DNA of 64,000 bases from Alphaproteobacteria bacterium (GCA_965220745.1 CBDCQT010000011.1:128001-192000); one strand, 5' to 3'. Counted from the first letter of the stretch, positions 44,821 through 55,443 are shown. Numbers and translations: made by a program. The notes: a model not told the origin generated them from the sequence alone.

Positions 44821-45918
44821 ATGACCAAGCTGCCGCTGACCGCCGGCGTCGCCGCCGCGGCGTTATTGGCTGCGACCACCGCCTTCGCCGAGGAGGAGGC
44901 CGTCGTCAACGTCTACAACTGGTCGGACTACATCGACGAGGAGATCCTGACCGAGTTCGAGGCCGAGACCGGAATCAAGGTCGTCTACGACGTCTTCGAT
45001 TCCAACAACATCCTCGAGACCAAGCTGCTCACCGGCAGCACCGGCTACGACGTGGTGGTGCCGAGCGGGACCTTCCTCGCGCGCCAGATTCAGGCGGGCA
45101 TCTTCCAGCCCCTCGACAAGAGCCAGCTCGCGAACCTCGGCAACCTGGACGAGACCATCATGTCGGTCGTGAGCCAGTGGGACCCGGACAACCAGTACGC
45201 CATCAATTACATGTGGGGCACCACGGGCTTCGGCTACAACATCGACAAGATCGCCGAACGCGACGCGGAAGCGCCCACCGGCTCCTGGGGCATGCTCTTC
45301 GACCCGGACGTGGTCGCGCAGTTCGCCGACTGCGGCGTCTACATGATGGACGAGCCGGACGAGGTGGTCCCGGCCGTGCTCAACTACATCGGCGAGGACC
45401 CCAACAGCCACGACACCGACGTGATCGCCAAGGTCGAGCCGGTGATGCTGGCGATCCGGCCGCACATCCGGCGCTTCCACAACTCGGCCCAGATCAACGA
45501 TCTCGCGAACGGCGACATCTGCCTCACCATGGGCTGGTCGGGCGACATGCTGCAGGCCCGTGACCGCGCCTGGGAGGCCGAGAACAACGTCGAGATCGCC
45601 TACGTGATCCCGGACGAGGGCGCGCTGTCGTGGTTCGACATGATGGCGATCCCGGCGGACGCGCCGCATCCCGGCAACGCGCACACGTTCCTGGACTACA
45701 TCATGCGGCCCGAGGTGATCGCCAAGGCGTCTAACTACGTCTACTACGCCAACGGCAACGCCGCCTCGACGCCGCTGCTGGACGCCGAGATCACCGAGGA
45801 TCCCGGCATCTACCCGACCGAGGAAGCGAGGAAGGGGCTCTACGTAACCAACCCCTATCCGCAGAAGGTGTCGCGCTTCATCACGCGGATGTGGACCCGC
45901 ATCAAGGGCGCGGAGTAG
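44821..45918 (+). CDS. potF: putrescine ABC transporter substrate-binding protein
   Basis: Signal peptide, VYNWSDYI, GYDVVVPS, YMWGTTG, LANGDIC..GWSGD. Confidence 0.92.
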   Translation: MTKLPLTAGVAAAALLAATTAFAEEEAVVNVYNWSDYIDEEILTEFEAETGIKVVYDVFDSNNILETKLLTGSTGYDVVVPSGTFLARQIQAGIFQPLDKSQLANLGNLDETIMSVVSQWDPDNQYAINYMWGTTGFGYNIDKIAERDAEAPTGSWGMLFDPDVVAQFADCGVYMMDEPDEVVPAVLNYIGEDPNSHDTDVIAKVEPVMLAIRPHIRRFHNSAQINDLANGDICLTMGWSGDMLQARDRAWEAENNVEIAYVIPDEGALSWFDMMAIPADAPHPGNAHTFLDYIMRPEVIAKASNYVYYANGNAASTPLLDAEITEDPGIYPTEEARKGLYVTNPYPQKVSRFITRMWTRIKGAE

Positions 45919-45951
45919 GCGCGACGCTCACACCGCACGGGCACGGCGCCC

Positions 45952-47100
45952 GTGAGCCGGCGGCCTGAGCACGCCGGGGGAAAGGCTTCGCCTGCCCCCG
46001 GCGGCGAGGCCGCCTTCCTCCGCATCGAAGGCGTCAGCAAGAGCTTCGGGAGCGTCACCGCCGTCGATAACGTCTCGCTCGATATCGCGCGGGGCGAGTT
46101 CTTCGCCCTACTCGGGCCCTCCGGCTGCGGCAAGACCACGCTGCTGCGCATGCTCGCGGGTTTCGAGACCCCGAGCGCCGGCGCGCTGCTGCTCGAGGAC
46201 GTGGACCTCGCCGCGCTGCCGCCCTATCGGCGGCCGGTCAACATGATGTTCCAGTCCTACGCGCTCTTTCCGCACATGAGCGTCGCCAGCAACGTCGCCT
46301 TCGGGCTGCGCCAGGACCGGGTGCCCAGGGCCGAGATCGCCGCACGGGTGGAAGAGGCGCTGGCGCTGGTGGAGCTCTCGCCGCTCGCGCGCCGCAAGCC
46401 GCATCAGCTCTCCGGCGGCCAGCGCCAGCGCGTGGCGCTCGCCCGCAGCCTGGTCAAGCGGCCCAAGCTGCTGCTGCTGGACGAGCCGCTCGCCGCGCTC
46501 GACAAGAAGCTCCGCGAGCAGACCCAGTTCGAGCTGATGGCGATCCAGCAGCGTGTCGGCATCACCTTCGTGATCGTCACCCACGATCAGGACGAGGCGA
46601 TGACGGTGGCCGACCGCATCGCGGTGATGGAGGAGGGGCGTATTGCCCAGGTGGACACGCCGTCCGCGATCTACGAGGCACCCCGCTCGCGCTACGTGGC
46701 CGAGTTCATCGGCGACGTGAACATCTTCGAAGGACGCGCCAGCGCCGTGAACGGCAACGATCTAACGGTCGAGCTTGCGGACGCACCGGACGACCTTGCG
46801 GCACCGGCGCGCGCTGACGGCCCTGCCGCCGGCGATCCCGTGATGCTCGCGGTGCGGCCGGAGAAGATCGAGATCGCCCCGGAGCCGCTGCCGCCCGGCA
46901 CCGCCAACGCCATGGCGGGCGAGGTGACCGAGATCGCCTATCTCGGCAGCGTCTCCACCTATCGCGTGCGTCTCGACAGCGGCAAGACGGTGGTGTCGAC
47001 CCACACCAACCGCCTCCGCGACGGCGGCGCGGCCATCGACCGGGGCGCGCGGGTTCATCTCTCTTGGCCGGTCGAGGCGAGCATCCTGCTTCGCTCATGA
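45952..47100 (+). CDS. potG: putrescine ABC transporter ATP-binding protein
   Basis: GPSGCGKTT, PPYRRPVNMMFQSYALFPH, LSGGQRQR, TOBE domain. Confidence 0.9.
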   Translation: MSRRPEHAGGKASPAPGGEAAFLRIEGVSKSFGSVTAVDNVSLDIARGEFFALLGPSGCGKTTLLRMLAGFETPSAGALLLEDVDLAALPPYRRPVNMMFQSYALFPHMSVASNVAFGLRQDRVPRAEIAARVEEALALVELSPLARRKPHQLSGGQRQRVALARSLVKRPKLLLLDEPLAALDKKLREQTQFELMAIQQRVGITFVIVTHDQDEAMTVADRIAVMEEGRIAQVDTPSAIYEAPRSRYVAEFIGDVNIFEGRASAVNGNDLTVELADAPDDLAAPARADGPAAGDPVMLAVRPEKIEIAPEPLPPGTANAMAGEVTEIAYLGSVSTYRVRLDSGKTVVSTHTNRLRDGGAAIDRGARVHLSWPVEASILLRS

Positions 47101-48035
47101 ACGCGAAGCGCGAGCCGAAACCCCGTCGGCAGCGCGCGGGCCGGGGCCTGTTCGGGCGCGGCTCGGTGATCGCGAGCCCCTATCTCTGGCTGCTCTTCTT
47201 CTTCCTCGTGCCCTTCGTGATCGTGCTCAAGATCAGCGTGGCCGAGGTCCAGCTCGCCATTCCCCCCTACACGCCGCTCTTCGCCTGGCCCGAGGGCGGC
47301 TCTTTCGAGCTCTTCGCCGTGGGTGACAACTACCGGCTCCTGATCGAGGACAGCCTCTACATCCGGGCCTACGCCAACAGCCTCAAGATCGCGGCGATCT
47401 CGACTGCGCTTGCGCTGCTGGTGGGTTTCCCCATCGCCTACGCCATGGCCCGCGCGCCCCGCGCCTGGCAGGCGAGCCTGGTGATGCTGGTGATCCTGCC
47501 CTTCTGGACCTCGTTCCTGATCCGGGTCTATGCCTGGATCGGGATCCTCAAGAACGAGGGGATGCTCAACGGGGTGCTGCGCTGGATCGGCGTGATCGAC
47601 AGGCCGCTGATCATCCTCAACACCGACATCGCGGTCTACATCGGCATCGTCTACTCCTACCTGCCGTTCATGGTCCTGCCGCTCTACGCCAACCTGGTGC
47701 GGATGGACCGCTCGCTGCTGGAGGCCGCGGCCGACCTCGGCTGCCGCCCGGCCGGTGCGTTCTGGAAGATCACCGTGCCCCTGGCGCGGCCGGGCATCGT
47801 CGCCGGCTGCTTCCTGGTGTTCATCCCGGCGGTCGGCGAGTTCGTGATCCCCGACCTGCTCGGCGGCTCCGGCACGCTGATGATCGGGCGCATTCTCTGG
47901 ACCGAGTTCTTCAGCAACCGCGACTGGCCGGTGGCGTCGGCTGTCGCCGTGATCCTGCTGCTGGTGCTGATCGTGCCCATCGTGCTGTTCCAGCGCCACC
48001 AGCAGCGCCAGCGCGAGCGGGAGGTAGGGGCCTGA
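47097..48035 (+). CDS. potH: putrescine ABC transporter permease
   Basis: LPFWTSFLIRVYAW, EAAADLG, NRDWPVASA. Confidence 0.9.
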   Translation: MNAKREPKPRRQRAGRGLFGRGSVIASPYLWLLFFFLVPFVIVLKISVAEVQLAIPPYTPLFAWPEGGSFELFAVGDNYRLLIEDSLYIRAYANSLKIAAISTALALLVGFPIAYAMARAPRAWQASLVMLVILPFWTSFLIRVYAWIGILKNEGMLNGVLRWIGVIDRPLIILNTDIAVYIGIVYSYLPFMVLPLYANLVRMDRSLLEAAADLGCRPAGAFWKITVPLARPGIVAGCFLVFIPAVGEFVIPDLLGGSGTLMIGRILWTEFFSNRDWPVASAVAVILLLVLIVPIVLFQRHQQRQREREVGA

Positions 48036-48850
48036 TGCGGCAGGGGCTCAGCGGGGTCAACCTGGTGGCGCTCACCCTGGGCTTCGCCTTCCTCTACATC
48101 CCGATCCTTCTGCTCATCATCTATTCCTTCAACGAGTCCAAGCTCGTGACCGTCTGGGCCGGGTTCTCCACCAAGTGGTACGCCGCGATGGTGCAGAACG
48201 AGCTGCTGCTCGACGCCGCCTGGATGACACTGAAGGTCGCCTTCGTCTCTTCTAGCGTGGCGCTGGTTCTCGGCACGCTCGCAGGCCTCGCGCTGGCCCG
48301 GCTCGGGCGCTTCCCCGGCCGCACGCTGTTCTCAGGCATGGTCTACGCGCCGCTGGTCATGCCCGAGGTCATCACCGGCCTCTCCATGCTGCTGCTCTTT
48401 GTCGCGCTCTCCTGGGCGCGCGGCTACTGGACCGTGACGGTGGCGCACATCACGTTCTCGATGGCCTATGTGGCGGTGGTGGTGCAGTCGCGGCTACTCA
48501 CCATGGACCGCTCGCTGGAGGAGGCGGCGATGGACCTGGGCGCGCCGCCGGTCAAGACCTTCTTCGCGGTCACGCTGCCGATCATCAGCCCGGCGCTGGT
48601 GGCGGGCTGGCTGCTGGCGTTCACGCTCTCGCTCGATGACCTGGTGATCGCGTCGTTCACCAGCGGGCCCGGCTCGACGACGCTGCCGATGAAGATCTAT
48701 TCCCAGGTGCGCCTGGGCGTGACGCCGGAGATCAACGCGGTCTCCACTGTGTTGGTGGGGATCGTCGCCACCGGCGTCATCGCCGCCAGCCTCATCAACA
48801 AGCGCGCCATGGTCATCCGCGAGCGGGAGGCGCAGGCGGCAGCGCCATAG
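48035..48850 (+). CDS. potI: putrescine ABC transporter permease
   Basis: YSFNESKLVTVW, PLVMPEVITG, EEAAMDLG. Confidence 0.9.
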   Translation: MRQGLSGVNLVALTLGFAFLYIPILLLIIYSFNESKLVTVWAGFSTKWYAAMVQNELLLDAAWMTLKVAFVSSSVALVLGTLAGLALARLGRFPGRTLFSGMVYAPLVMPEVITGLSMLLLFVALSWARGYWTVTVAHITFSMAYVAVVVQSRLLTMDRSLEEAAMDLGAPPVKTFFAVTLPIISPALVAGWLLAFTLSLDDLVIASFTSGPGSTTLPMKIYSQVRLGVTPEINAVSTVLVGIVATGVIAASLINKRAMVIREREAQAAAP

Positions 48851-48868
48851 CGCCCGCGGACTCGGCCT

Positions 48869-50179
48869 CTACAGCCGGTCGCGGAGCGCTCCGTAGGCGA
48901 GCGCGAGCGCAAGCGTCGGCCAGCGCAGGAACCGACCTCCGGGGAAGGGCGGCTGCGGCAGGCGGGCGAAGACATCGAAGCGCTCCAACGTGCCGGCGAT
49001 GGCCTCGGCGATGAGCGCGCCGCCTAGCGTCGCCAGCGCCACGCCGTGGCCGGAGTAGCCCTGGCCGTAGTAAAGCCCGCTCGGGAGCCGGCCGATACTT
49101 GGCATTCGGGTCCGCGTGATGGCCAGCGTCCCGCCCCACACGTGATCGACGCCCACATCGGCGAGCTGGGGAAAGATGCGCAACATGCACCGCCGCACGA
49201 GCGGGCCTGGGTCGGCAGGGAGGCGACTGCTCGCGGTTTCCCCGCCGCCGAAGAGGAGCCGCCCGTCGGCCGAGAGGCGAAAGTAGTTCACCACGAAGCG
49301 GGTATCGACCACGGCAACGTCATTGGGGATCAAGGCGCGGGCACGCTCTTCGCCGAGCGGCTCCGTCGCCAGGATGAAGTTGTTGATCGGCATGACGCGC
49401 TTGCCGCAGCCGGGATCCAGCGCGTCGAGATAGCCGTTGCAGCCGAGCACGACCGCATCCGCGGTGACGGTGTGCGGCCCGGCCGAGATCGTGCAGGACG
49501 CGCCGGTCGCAAGCCCGGTGACGGGCGTCCCCTCGTAGATATCGACCCCCGCGTCTGCGGCAGCACGGGCGAGGCCGCGCGCATAGTTGAGCGGGTGCAG
49601 GTGGCCCGCGCCCCGGTCCAGAAGACCGCCCCAGAAATCTCCGGAATCTACTTCGGCGCGCAGCGCCGCGCGGTCCAACACCTCGATCTGGTCGTAGCCG
49701 TAGCGGGCACGGAGATGGTCCGCCTCACGGACCAGCGCCCGGGCATGGCGGGGCCGGTGCGCGGCGATGGCGATGCCAGGCTTGAGATCGCATTCGATCC
49801 CGTGGCGAGCGACACGATCGCGCACCAGCGCCTTCGCCTCCTCGGCCATGGACCAGAGAAGTCGTGCCCGCTCTTCACCAAGCTCGCGCTCCAGGGTGGG
49901 CTGATCGCGTCGGTGCCCGCTGCCGAGTTGCCCGCCGTTGCGCCCAGAGGCGCCGTTGCCGATTCGCCGCGCCTCCAGCAGGACCACGCAAAAGCCGCGC
50001 TCGGCGAGGTGGAGCGCACAGGAGAGACCCGTATAGCCGCCGCCGATGACGCAAACATCGGCGCGCACGTCGCCGTCGAGCGCAGGCCAGGTGGGGTTCG
50101 TCCGCGCGCTCGCCTCGTACCAGGTGGGCGCGGCGACGTCGTGCTGAGCGTAGCGCCTGGCGCGGCCCGGTACTGCCAT
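48869..50179 (-). CDS. gamma-glutamylputrescine oxidase-like FAD oxidoreductase (PuuB family)
   Basis: IGGGYTG, GASGRNGGQ, HLHPL, GYSGHG; TGATG coupling to the upstream gene. Confidence 0.85.
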   Translation of the reverse strand: MAVPGRARRYAQHDVAAPTWYEASARTNPTWPALDGDVRADVCVIGGGYTGLSCALHLAERGFCVVLLEARRIGNGASGRNGGQLGSGHRRDQPTLERELGEERARLLWSMAEEAKALVRDRVARHGIECDLKPGIAIAAHRPRHARALVREADHLRARYGYDQIEVLDRAALRAEVDSGDFWGGLLDRGAGHLHPLNYARGLARAAADAGVDIYEGTPVTGLATGASCTISAGPHTVTADAVVLGCNGYLDALDPGCGKRVMPINNFILATEPLGEERARALIPNDVAVVDTRFVVNYFRLSADGRLLFGGGETASSRLPADPGPLVRRCMLRIFPQLADVGVDHVWGGTLAITRTRMPSIGRLPSGLYYGQGYSGHGVALATLGGALIAEAIAGTLERFDVFARLPQPPFPGGRFLRWPTLALALAYGALRDRL

Positions 50180-51537
50180 CACACGGCGAGCAGGAGGAAC
50201 TTGCGCTCCCAGGAGCTGACGACGCGCAGGTAGGCGTCGTATTCGGCGCGCACCACTTCGGTGAGGCCCTTGACGAAGAGATCGCCGAACATGGCACACG
50301 CCTCGTCCGAGGATTCGAACTGCTCCAGCGCGGTCCTGAGATCGAGCGGCAGCGTCTCGAACGCGCCGGTCTCCTCACCCTCCACTGGCGGCGAGGGCTC
50401 GAGTTCTTGCGTCATGCCGAGATAGCCGGCGGCCAGTGTGGCCGCGATGGCGAGGTAGGGGTTGGTATCTGAACCCGGCAGGCGGTTCTCGACCCGGCGG
50501 TTCTGGGGCGGCGCGTCCGGCACGCGTAGACCGGCGATGCGGTTGTCGTAGCCCCAGCCGACGTTGAACGGCTTGCTCGCGCCGAAGCGAAGCCGGCGAT
50601 AGGAGTTGACGTTGGGCGCCATGAGCGGCGTGAAGACGGGCAGGAAGCGCTGCAGTCCGCCGAGATAGTGGCAGAACGCCTCCGACTCACTGCCCGTCTC
50701 ATCCGAGAAGAGCGGCCGGCGGTCCGCGCCCTCGTAGACCGACTGGTGCACGTGCATGGCGCTGCCCGGCTCGCTCTGCATCGGTTTCGCCATGAAGGTG
50801 GCGTAGAAGCCGTGGCGTTGGGCCGTCTGGCGCACCGTGCGCTTGAAGACGAACACCTGGTCGGCGAGTCGCAGCGCCTCGCCGTGGCGGAAGTTGATCT
50901 CGACCTGCCCGGCCCCGCTCTCGTGATTGAGCGTGTCGATGTCGAGCTCCTGGGCCTCGCAATAGTCGTAGAGGTCCACGAAGAAGGGATCGAACTCGTT
51001 GACCGCGTCGATGCCGAACTCCTGGCGCCCAGCCTCGCGCCGGCCCGAGGCGCCGATGGGCGGCTTGAGCGGCTGATCGGGATCGGTGTTCTTCTCCACC
51101 AGGTAGAACTCGATCTCCGGTGCGATGACCGGGTGCCAGCCGCGCTCGGCGAAGCGCTCCAGCAGGCTTGCGAGCACGCGGCGGGAGTAGAAGGGCGAAT
51201 GACCGCCGTTGCGCAGCACGCAATCGGCGACGACCTGCGCCGTGGGCTCGTCGTACCAGGGCACCAGGGTGAGCGTCGCGGGGTCTGGCTCCAGCACGAA
51301 GTCTCCGTCGCTCACGTCGATGGAGACAGCGCCCGGCGGCGGGAAGTCGCCGGTGAGCGTGTGGACGAGGACGTTCTTGGGCAGCCGGTGCTGGCCGCCG
51401 GTGAGTCCCTCGATGAACTTGTCCGTGGGCAGAATCTTGCCGCGTGGCACGCCGGCGAGGTCGGGCACGATGCACTCGACCTCGACAATGTTCCGCTCTT
51501 TGAGCCAGGCCTCGATCGCCCGGTGTCCGTCGCTCAT
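50179..51537 (-). CDS. glutamine synthetase-family gamma-glutamyl-amine ligase (PuuA/PauA-like)
   Basis: G.PRGK, APEIEFYL, HESGAGQVEIN, ATFMAKP, GSAMHVHQS, RVENR. Confidence 0.88.
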   Translation of the reverse strand: MSDGHRAIEAWLKERNIVEVECIVPDLAGVPRGKILPTDKFIEGLTGGQHRLPKNVLVHTLTGDFPPPGAVSIDVSDGDFVLEPDPATLTLVPWYDEPTAQVVADCVLRNGGHSPFYSRRVLASLLERFAERGWHPVIAPEIEFYLVEKNTDPDQPLKPPIGASGRREAGRQEFGIDAVNEFDPFFVDLYDYCEAQELDIDTLNHESGAGQVEINFRHGEALRLADQVFVFKRTVRQTAQRHGFYATFMAKPMQSEPGSAMHVHQSVYEGADRRPLFSDETGSESEAFCHYLGGLQRFLPVFTPLMAPNVNSYRRLRFGASKPFNVGWGYDNRIAGLRVPDAPPQNRRVENRLPGSDTNPYLAIAATLAAGYLGMTQELEPSPPVEGEETGAFETLPLDLRTALEQFESSDEACAMFGDLFVKGLTEVVRAEYDAYLRVVSSWERKFLLLAV

Positions 51538-51580
51538 GCGTCCTCTCCGACACCTATATTGGCTCGCGAGCGGCTAATTT

Positions 51581-53482
51581 CTAGCGCTCGCCGCGATTGC
51601 CGAAGAGCATCGTGACGTTGATGCGCCGGTTCTCGTAGCCGGGTCGGAAGTCGAGATCGTCGGTGCGGTGGAAGAGGTCGGAATCGAAGATCACCACGCG
51701 GTTCCGCCGATAGGGCACCGTCACCGGCTCGTCGCCGGTTTCCTCCAGGAACTGCGTCATGCGGGCGCTGTCGGCATTGTAGGTGCGGAAGGCCCAGTCC
51801 GATGGCGCGTGGGCCTTGTGAACGACGAGCCCGCCGGAGGAGGGATCGCGGTTCGCCTCATCGGGTGTCACCCAGAAGTTGACGTTGACCGCGGCGAAGT
51901 CGGCGTGGGTGGCGATCCCTTGAAGCCTGGAATCGTACTTGTAGGCCCAGAGCTGTTCCAGCCGATGGGGTCCGAAGATGCCTGGGAGACTCGCGCGCAG
52001 CTCGTCCGCGATTTGGAGCGCGAGCCCGGTGCCGAAGCCGTCCACTAGATAGGCGCCGAGGTAGCCGTGCTTCACCTGATACCAGACGGTGGCATCGAGG
52101 CAGAAGCGCCACAGCCTCTCCAAAGCTTCCGCAGCTAGGAAGTCGTCGACGACAACCAGATTGGGCGCGCTATCGCGGTAAGCCTGTTCAATGGCTGTCG
52201 TATCGAGATCGGGGTTGACGGCGCCGACGGATGCGGTCGCGGCCTCGGGGAGGTAGAGCGGGCGGTTGTAGGCCGGCGCGATGCGCCGCCACTCCCGATC
52301 GCCGAGAGTGATCGGTTCGTCCGGAGGGGTATCGGAGGGCAACGCCGCGAGCACCTGTTCGTAGGTGTCGGCAACCTTGTCGAACGACGGATCTATGCGG
52401 CCGTCGCTGCAGAGCCGGCGGATCTGCTCGGCGTCGTGCTGCAGCTTGAACGGAGCAACCGGGATTGCTGGCCGTTCGTCCCGCTGGGTCAGCAGGGCAG
52501 GTGTCAGCGGCGGGCCGTGGCGGCGCTCGGCCGCTCGGCCGAAGCAGGCGAGCGCTGCTGCGGCATCGCCGCGGGCCACGTGAACCATGCCGAGATTGGC
52601 GCGGTAGGTCGCGTTCTCCGGCTTCAGCTCAAGCGCGCGCTCCAGGCTCGCGACCGCCTCGTCTTCGCGGCCGAGGCGCTTGAGGGCGTTGCCGAGATTG
52701 GCATACGCCGCCGCGTACGCGGGATCAAGGGCGATGGCCTCGCGGTAGGCGGCCTCCGCCTCCGCCACGCGGTGGAGGTCCTGCAGCACGTTGCCGAGAT
52801 TGGCGTGCGCCGCCGCAAGCTGCGGGTCGAGGTCGATGGCACGGCGAAGGCTGGCCTCGGCCTCCTCCAACGCGCCGACCTCCTGCAACGCGTTGCCGAG
52901 GTCGGAACGCACGCTCGCCGCATCCCCGTTGAGCGCAACCGCCTGCCGCAGTGCGGCTACTGCGTCCTCCGCCCGACCGATTTCCAACAGCGCGAGGCCG
53001 AGCTCCGATTGCGCCGGCCCGTGATCGGGGCGGATCGCGAGCGCCCTCTCGAACCATTCGACCGCGTCGACTGGGCGGCCCGCAGCGCGCAACGCGTGAC
53101 CGAAGTTGTAGCGGATGTCGGCGTTGCTCTTGTCGAAGGCGGCGGCGCGGCGGTAGTGCGCCTCGGCCTCGTCGAAGCGGCCCAATCCATTGAAGACGTT
53201 GGCGAGGTCGTTCAGGAAGCCCGCGTTGCGCGGTGCCCGGCGCGTGGCCTTGGTCAGAAGCGGCAGCGCCTCCTCAAGCCGGCCCGCCTGGGCATGGAGC
53301 ACGCCGAAGAGGTGCAACGCGTCCGCATGGCCAGGGCTCTGGCGCAGGACCCGCTGGTAGAGCGCCGCGGCCGCCTCCACCCGACCCGCGCGATGATGGG
53401 CGAGCGCGGCCCGAAGCATGTCGTCGACCGGGCCGGCGCTACCGCTCTGTCCCTTGGCCCGCCGTCGTTCGCGTCGGGTCAT
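51581..53482 (-). CDS. TPR-repeat protein with C-terminal 2OG-Fe(II) oxygenase-like domain
   Basis: Multiple 34-aa TPRs (..NLGNAL...A...YRRA); C-terminal HAD...FHRTD...RRIN. Confidence 0.75.
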   Translation of the reverse strand: MTRRERRRAKGQSGSAGPVDDMLRAALAHHRAGRVEAAAALYQRVLRQSPGHADALHLFGVLHAQAGRLEEALPLLTKATRRAPRNAGFLNDLANVFNGLGRFDEAEAHYRRAAAFDKSNADIRYNFGHALRAAGRPVDAVEWFERALAIRPDHGPAQSELGLALLEIGRAEDAVAALRQAVALNGDAASVRSDLGNALQEVGALEEAEASLRRAIDLDPQLAAAHANLGNVLQDLHRVAEAEAAYREAIALDPAYAAAYANLGNALKRLGREDEAVASLERALELKPENATYRANLGMVHVARGDAAAALACFGRAAERRHGPPLTPALLTQRDERPAIPVAPFKLQHDAEQIRRLCSDGRIDPSFDKVADTYEQVLAALPSDTPPDEPITLGDREWRRIAPAYNRPLYLPEAATASVGAVNPDLDTTAIEQAYRDSAPNLVVVDDFLAAEALERLWRFCLDATVWYQVKHGYLGAYLVDGFGTGLALQIADELRASLPGIFGPHRLEQLWAYKYDSRLQGIATHADFAAVNVNFWVTPDEANRDPSSGGLVVHKAHAPSDWAFRTYNADSARMTQFLEETGDEPVTVPYRRNRVVIFDSDLFHRTDDLDFRPGYENRRINVTMLFGNRGER

Positions 53483-53531
53483 GGCGTCGTCATGGGAGTT
53501 GGAATATCCGGGCCCGTCGCCGGGCGAACGC

Positions 53532-54617
53532 TTATCCCGCCGCGTTCAGAGCAAGCCCGGATTCGGCGTCGAAGAGCGTAATGCGGTTCGCGCGGAGAGC
53601 GAGACCGACCTGGGCGCCGATAGAGACCGGCTCGTGCACGTCCATGCTCGCCGCCACGTATTCGCGGTTGACCAGCAGGCCATCGGCGCCATCGAGCGTG
53701 ATGAACGCGATGATGACGCCGCCGTAAGATTCGGTGAACTCGATGGTCCCGTCGATGAGGCCCTCGCCCGGCGGATGCAGGATCACGTCCTCGGGCCGGA
53801 TGCCGAGGACGATTGATCCGCTGCCCTCGGCGCTCGCGCCCTCCAGCGCGCGATTGGCGACCGTGACCCTGCCCTCGCTGAGCTCGCCCTTCAGAAAGTT
53901 GATACCGGGGCTGCCGATAAAGTCGGCGACGAACATGTTGGCCGGGCGCTCGTAGATCGTGACCGGATCGGCCACCTGCTGGACCTCGCCCTTGTTGAGC
54001 ACCGCCACGCGGTCGGAGAGGATCAGCGCCTCGGCCTGGTCGTGAGTCACGTAGATCGTCGTCACCTTGTAGGCCTGATGCAGGCGCTTGAGCTCGGTCC
54101 GCATGTGCTCGCGCAGCTTGAGGTCGAGGTTGGAGAGCGGCTCGTCCATCAGGTAGCAGGCGGGGCTACGCACCATGGCCCGGCCGAGAGCGACGCGCTG
54201 GCGCTCGCCGCCTGAGAGCTTGGCCGGCTTGCGGTCGAGCAGCGTCTCGATGTTGAGCAGCTGCGCCGTCTCGCGCGCCTTCTGAACCGCCTCGGCCTTG
54301 GACATGCCGGCGACAGTGAGGCCGAGGGTCATGTTCTGAAGCGCGGTCATGTGCGGATAGAGCGCGTAGGTCTGGAAGACCATCGCCACGTCGCGATCGC
54401 CCGGATTGACGTTGGTGACGTCGCGCTCCCCAATCGCGATGGAGCCTTCGGTCGGCTCCTCCAGCCCTGCGATCAGGCGGAGCGTCGTGGTCTTGCCGCA
54501 TCCCGAGGGCCCGAGCAGGGTCAGGAACTCGCCCTTGGCGATGTCGAGGTCGATCCCCTTGACGGCCTCGGTGCCGTCTCGAAACCGCTTTACCAATCCC
54601 CGGAGCGTGACGTTCAT
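53532..54617 (-). CDS. carbohydrate ABC transporter ATP-binding protein (MalK/UgpC-like)
   Basis: GPSGCGKTT, MVFQTYALYPH, LSGGERQR, MDEPLSNLD. Confidence 0.93.
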   Translation of the reverse strand: MNVTLRGLVKRFRDGTEAVKGIDLDIAKGEFLTLLGPSGCGKTTTLRLIAGLEEPTEGSIAIGERDVTNVNPGDRDVAMVFQTYALYPHMTALQNMTLGLTVAGMSKAEAVQKARETAQLLNIETLLDRKPAKLSGGERQRVALGRAMVRSPACYLMDEPLSNLDLKLREHMRTELKRLHQAYKVTTIYVTHDQAEALILSDRVAVLNKGEVQQVADPVTIYERPANMFVADFIGSPGINFLKGELSEGRVTVANRALEGASAEGSGSIVLGIRPEDVILHPPGEGLIDGTIEFTESYGGVIIAFITLDGADGLLVNREYVAASMDVHEPVSIGAQVGLALRANRITLFDAESGLALNAAG

Positions 54618-54624
54618 GGCGGCC

Positions 54625-55443
54625 CTATTTCACCGCGCCGAGCGCAAGGCCGCGCGCGATGTGTCGCTGGAGGAGGAACACGACGGCGATCATTGGCAAT
54701 AGCTGTATCACCGCGCCGGCGCTGAGCGAACCCCACAATACGTTGTAGAGGTCGATGGTCTTCTGCAGCGCGACCGGCATCGTCGTCGCCTTGTCGTAGG
54801 TGAGGAACAGCGCATAGAGATATTCGTTCCAACTGAAGACGAAGGTGAAGATGGCCGTGACCGCAATACCGGGCGCGGCCATCGGCAGAATTAATCGGAA
54901 GATAATCTGCAGCCAGCCTAGCCCGTCGAGCCGCGCCGCCTCCTCCACCTCCTTCGGCAAATCCAGCAGGAATCCGCGCAGAATCCAGACCGCGAACGGC
55001 AGCCCGAAGGCGACATAGACGACGATGAGCACGATTTGCGTATCGATCAAACCGAACCAGTTGGCCATCTTGAAGTAGGGCAGCACGACGACCACGCCTG
55101 GCATAAATCGCAATGAGAGTATGACAAGGGCCCAGGTATCGCCCCCCATGAGCCCCATGCGCGCAACCGCGTAGGCCGCAGGCAGCGCCAGAATCATCAC
55201 GATCAGGGTCGAGACGCCGACCGTGATCAGGCTGTTCAAGATCGCCCGGTCGAAGAGGAAGCGATCGAAAATCTCGACGTAGTGCTCGCCGGTTGGCTCG
55301 AACGAATAGAAGGTGGGCGTCGGGGCATTGATGACGTTGGTGGGCTTCACCGAGGTGAGCGCCACCCACAGCACCGGGATCAACCAGACGACGACGACGA
55401 GTACCGCGAGGATATTGATCGCGCGCGTGTAGATCGACGACAT
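54625..55443 (-). CDS. carbohydrate ABC transporter permease
   Basis: Six TM segments, EEAARLDG, FSWNEY. Confidence 0.92.
   Translation of the reverse strand: MSSIYTRAINILAVLVVVVWLIPVLWVALTSVKPTNVINAPTPTFYSFEPTGEHYVEIFDRFLFDRAILNSLITVGVSTLIVMILALPAAYAVARMGLMGGDTWALVILSLRFMPGVVVVLPYFKMANWFGLIDTQIVLIVVYVAFGLPFAVWILRGFLLDLPKEVEEAARLDGLGWLQIIFRLILPMAAPGIAVTAIFTFVFSWNEYLYALFLTYDKATTMPVALQKTIDLYNVLWGSLSAGAVIQLLPMIAVVFLLQRHIARGLALGAVK

Noticed and set aside
44821-51537. potFGHI convergent with puuA/puuB-like genes as a novel system
   Set aside because: Well-described putrescine uptake and gamma-glutamylation pathway
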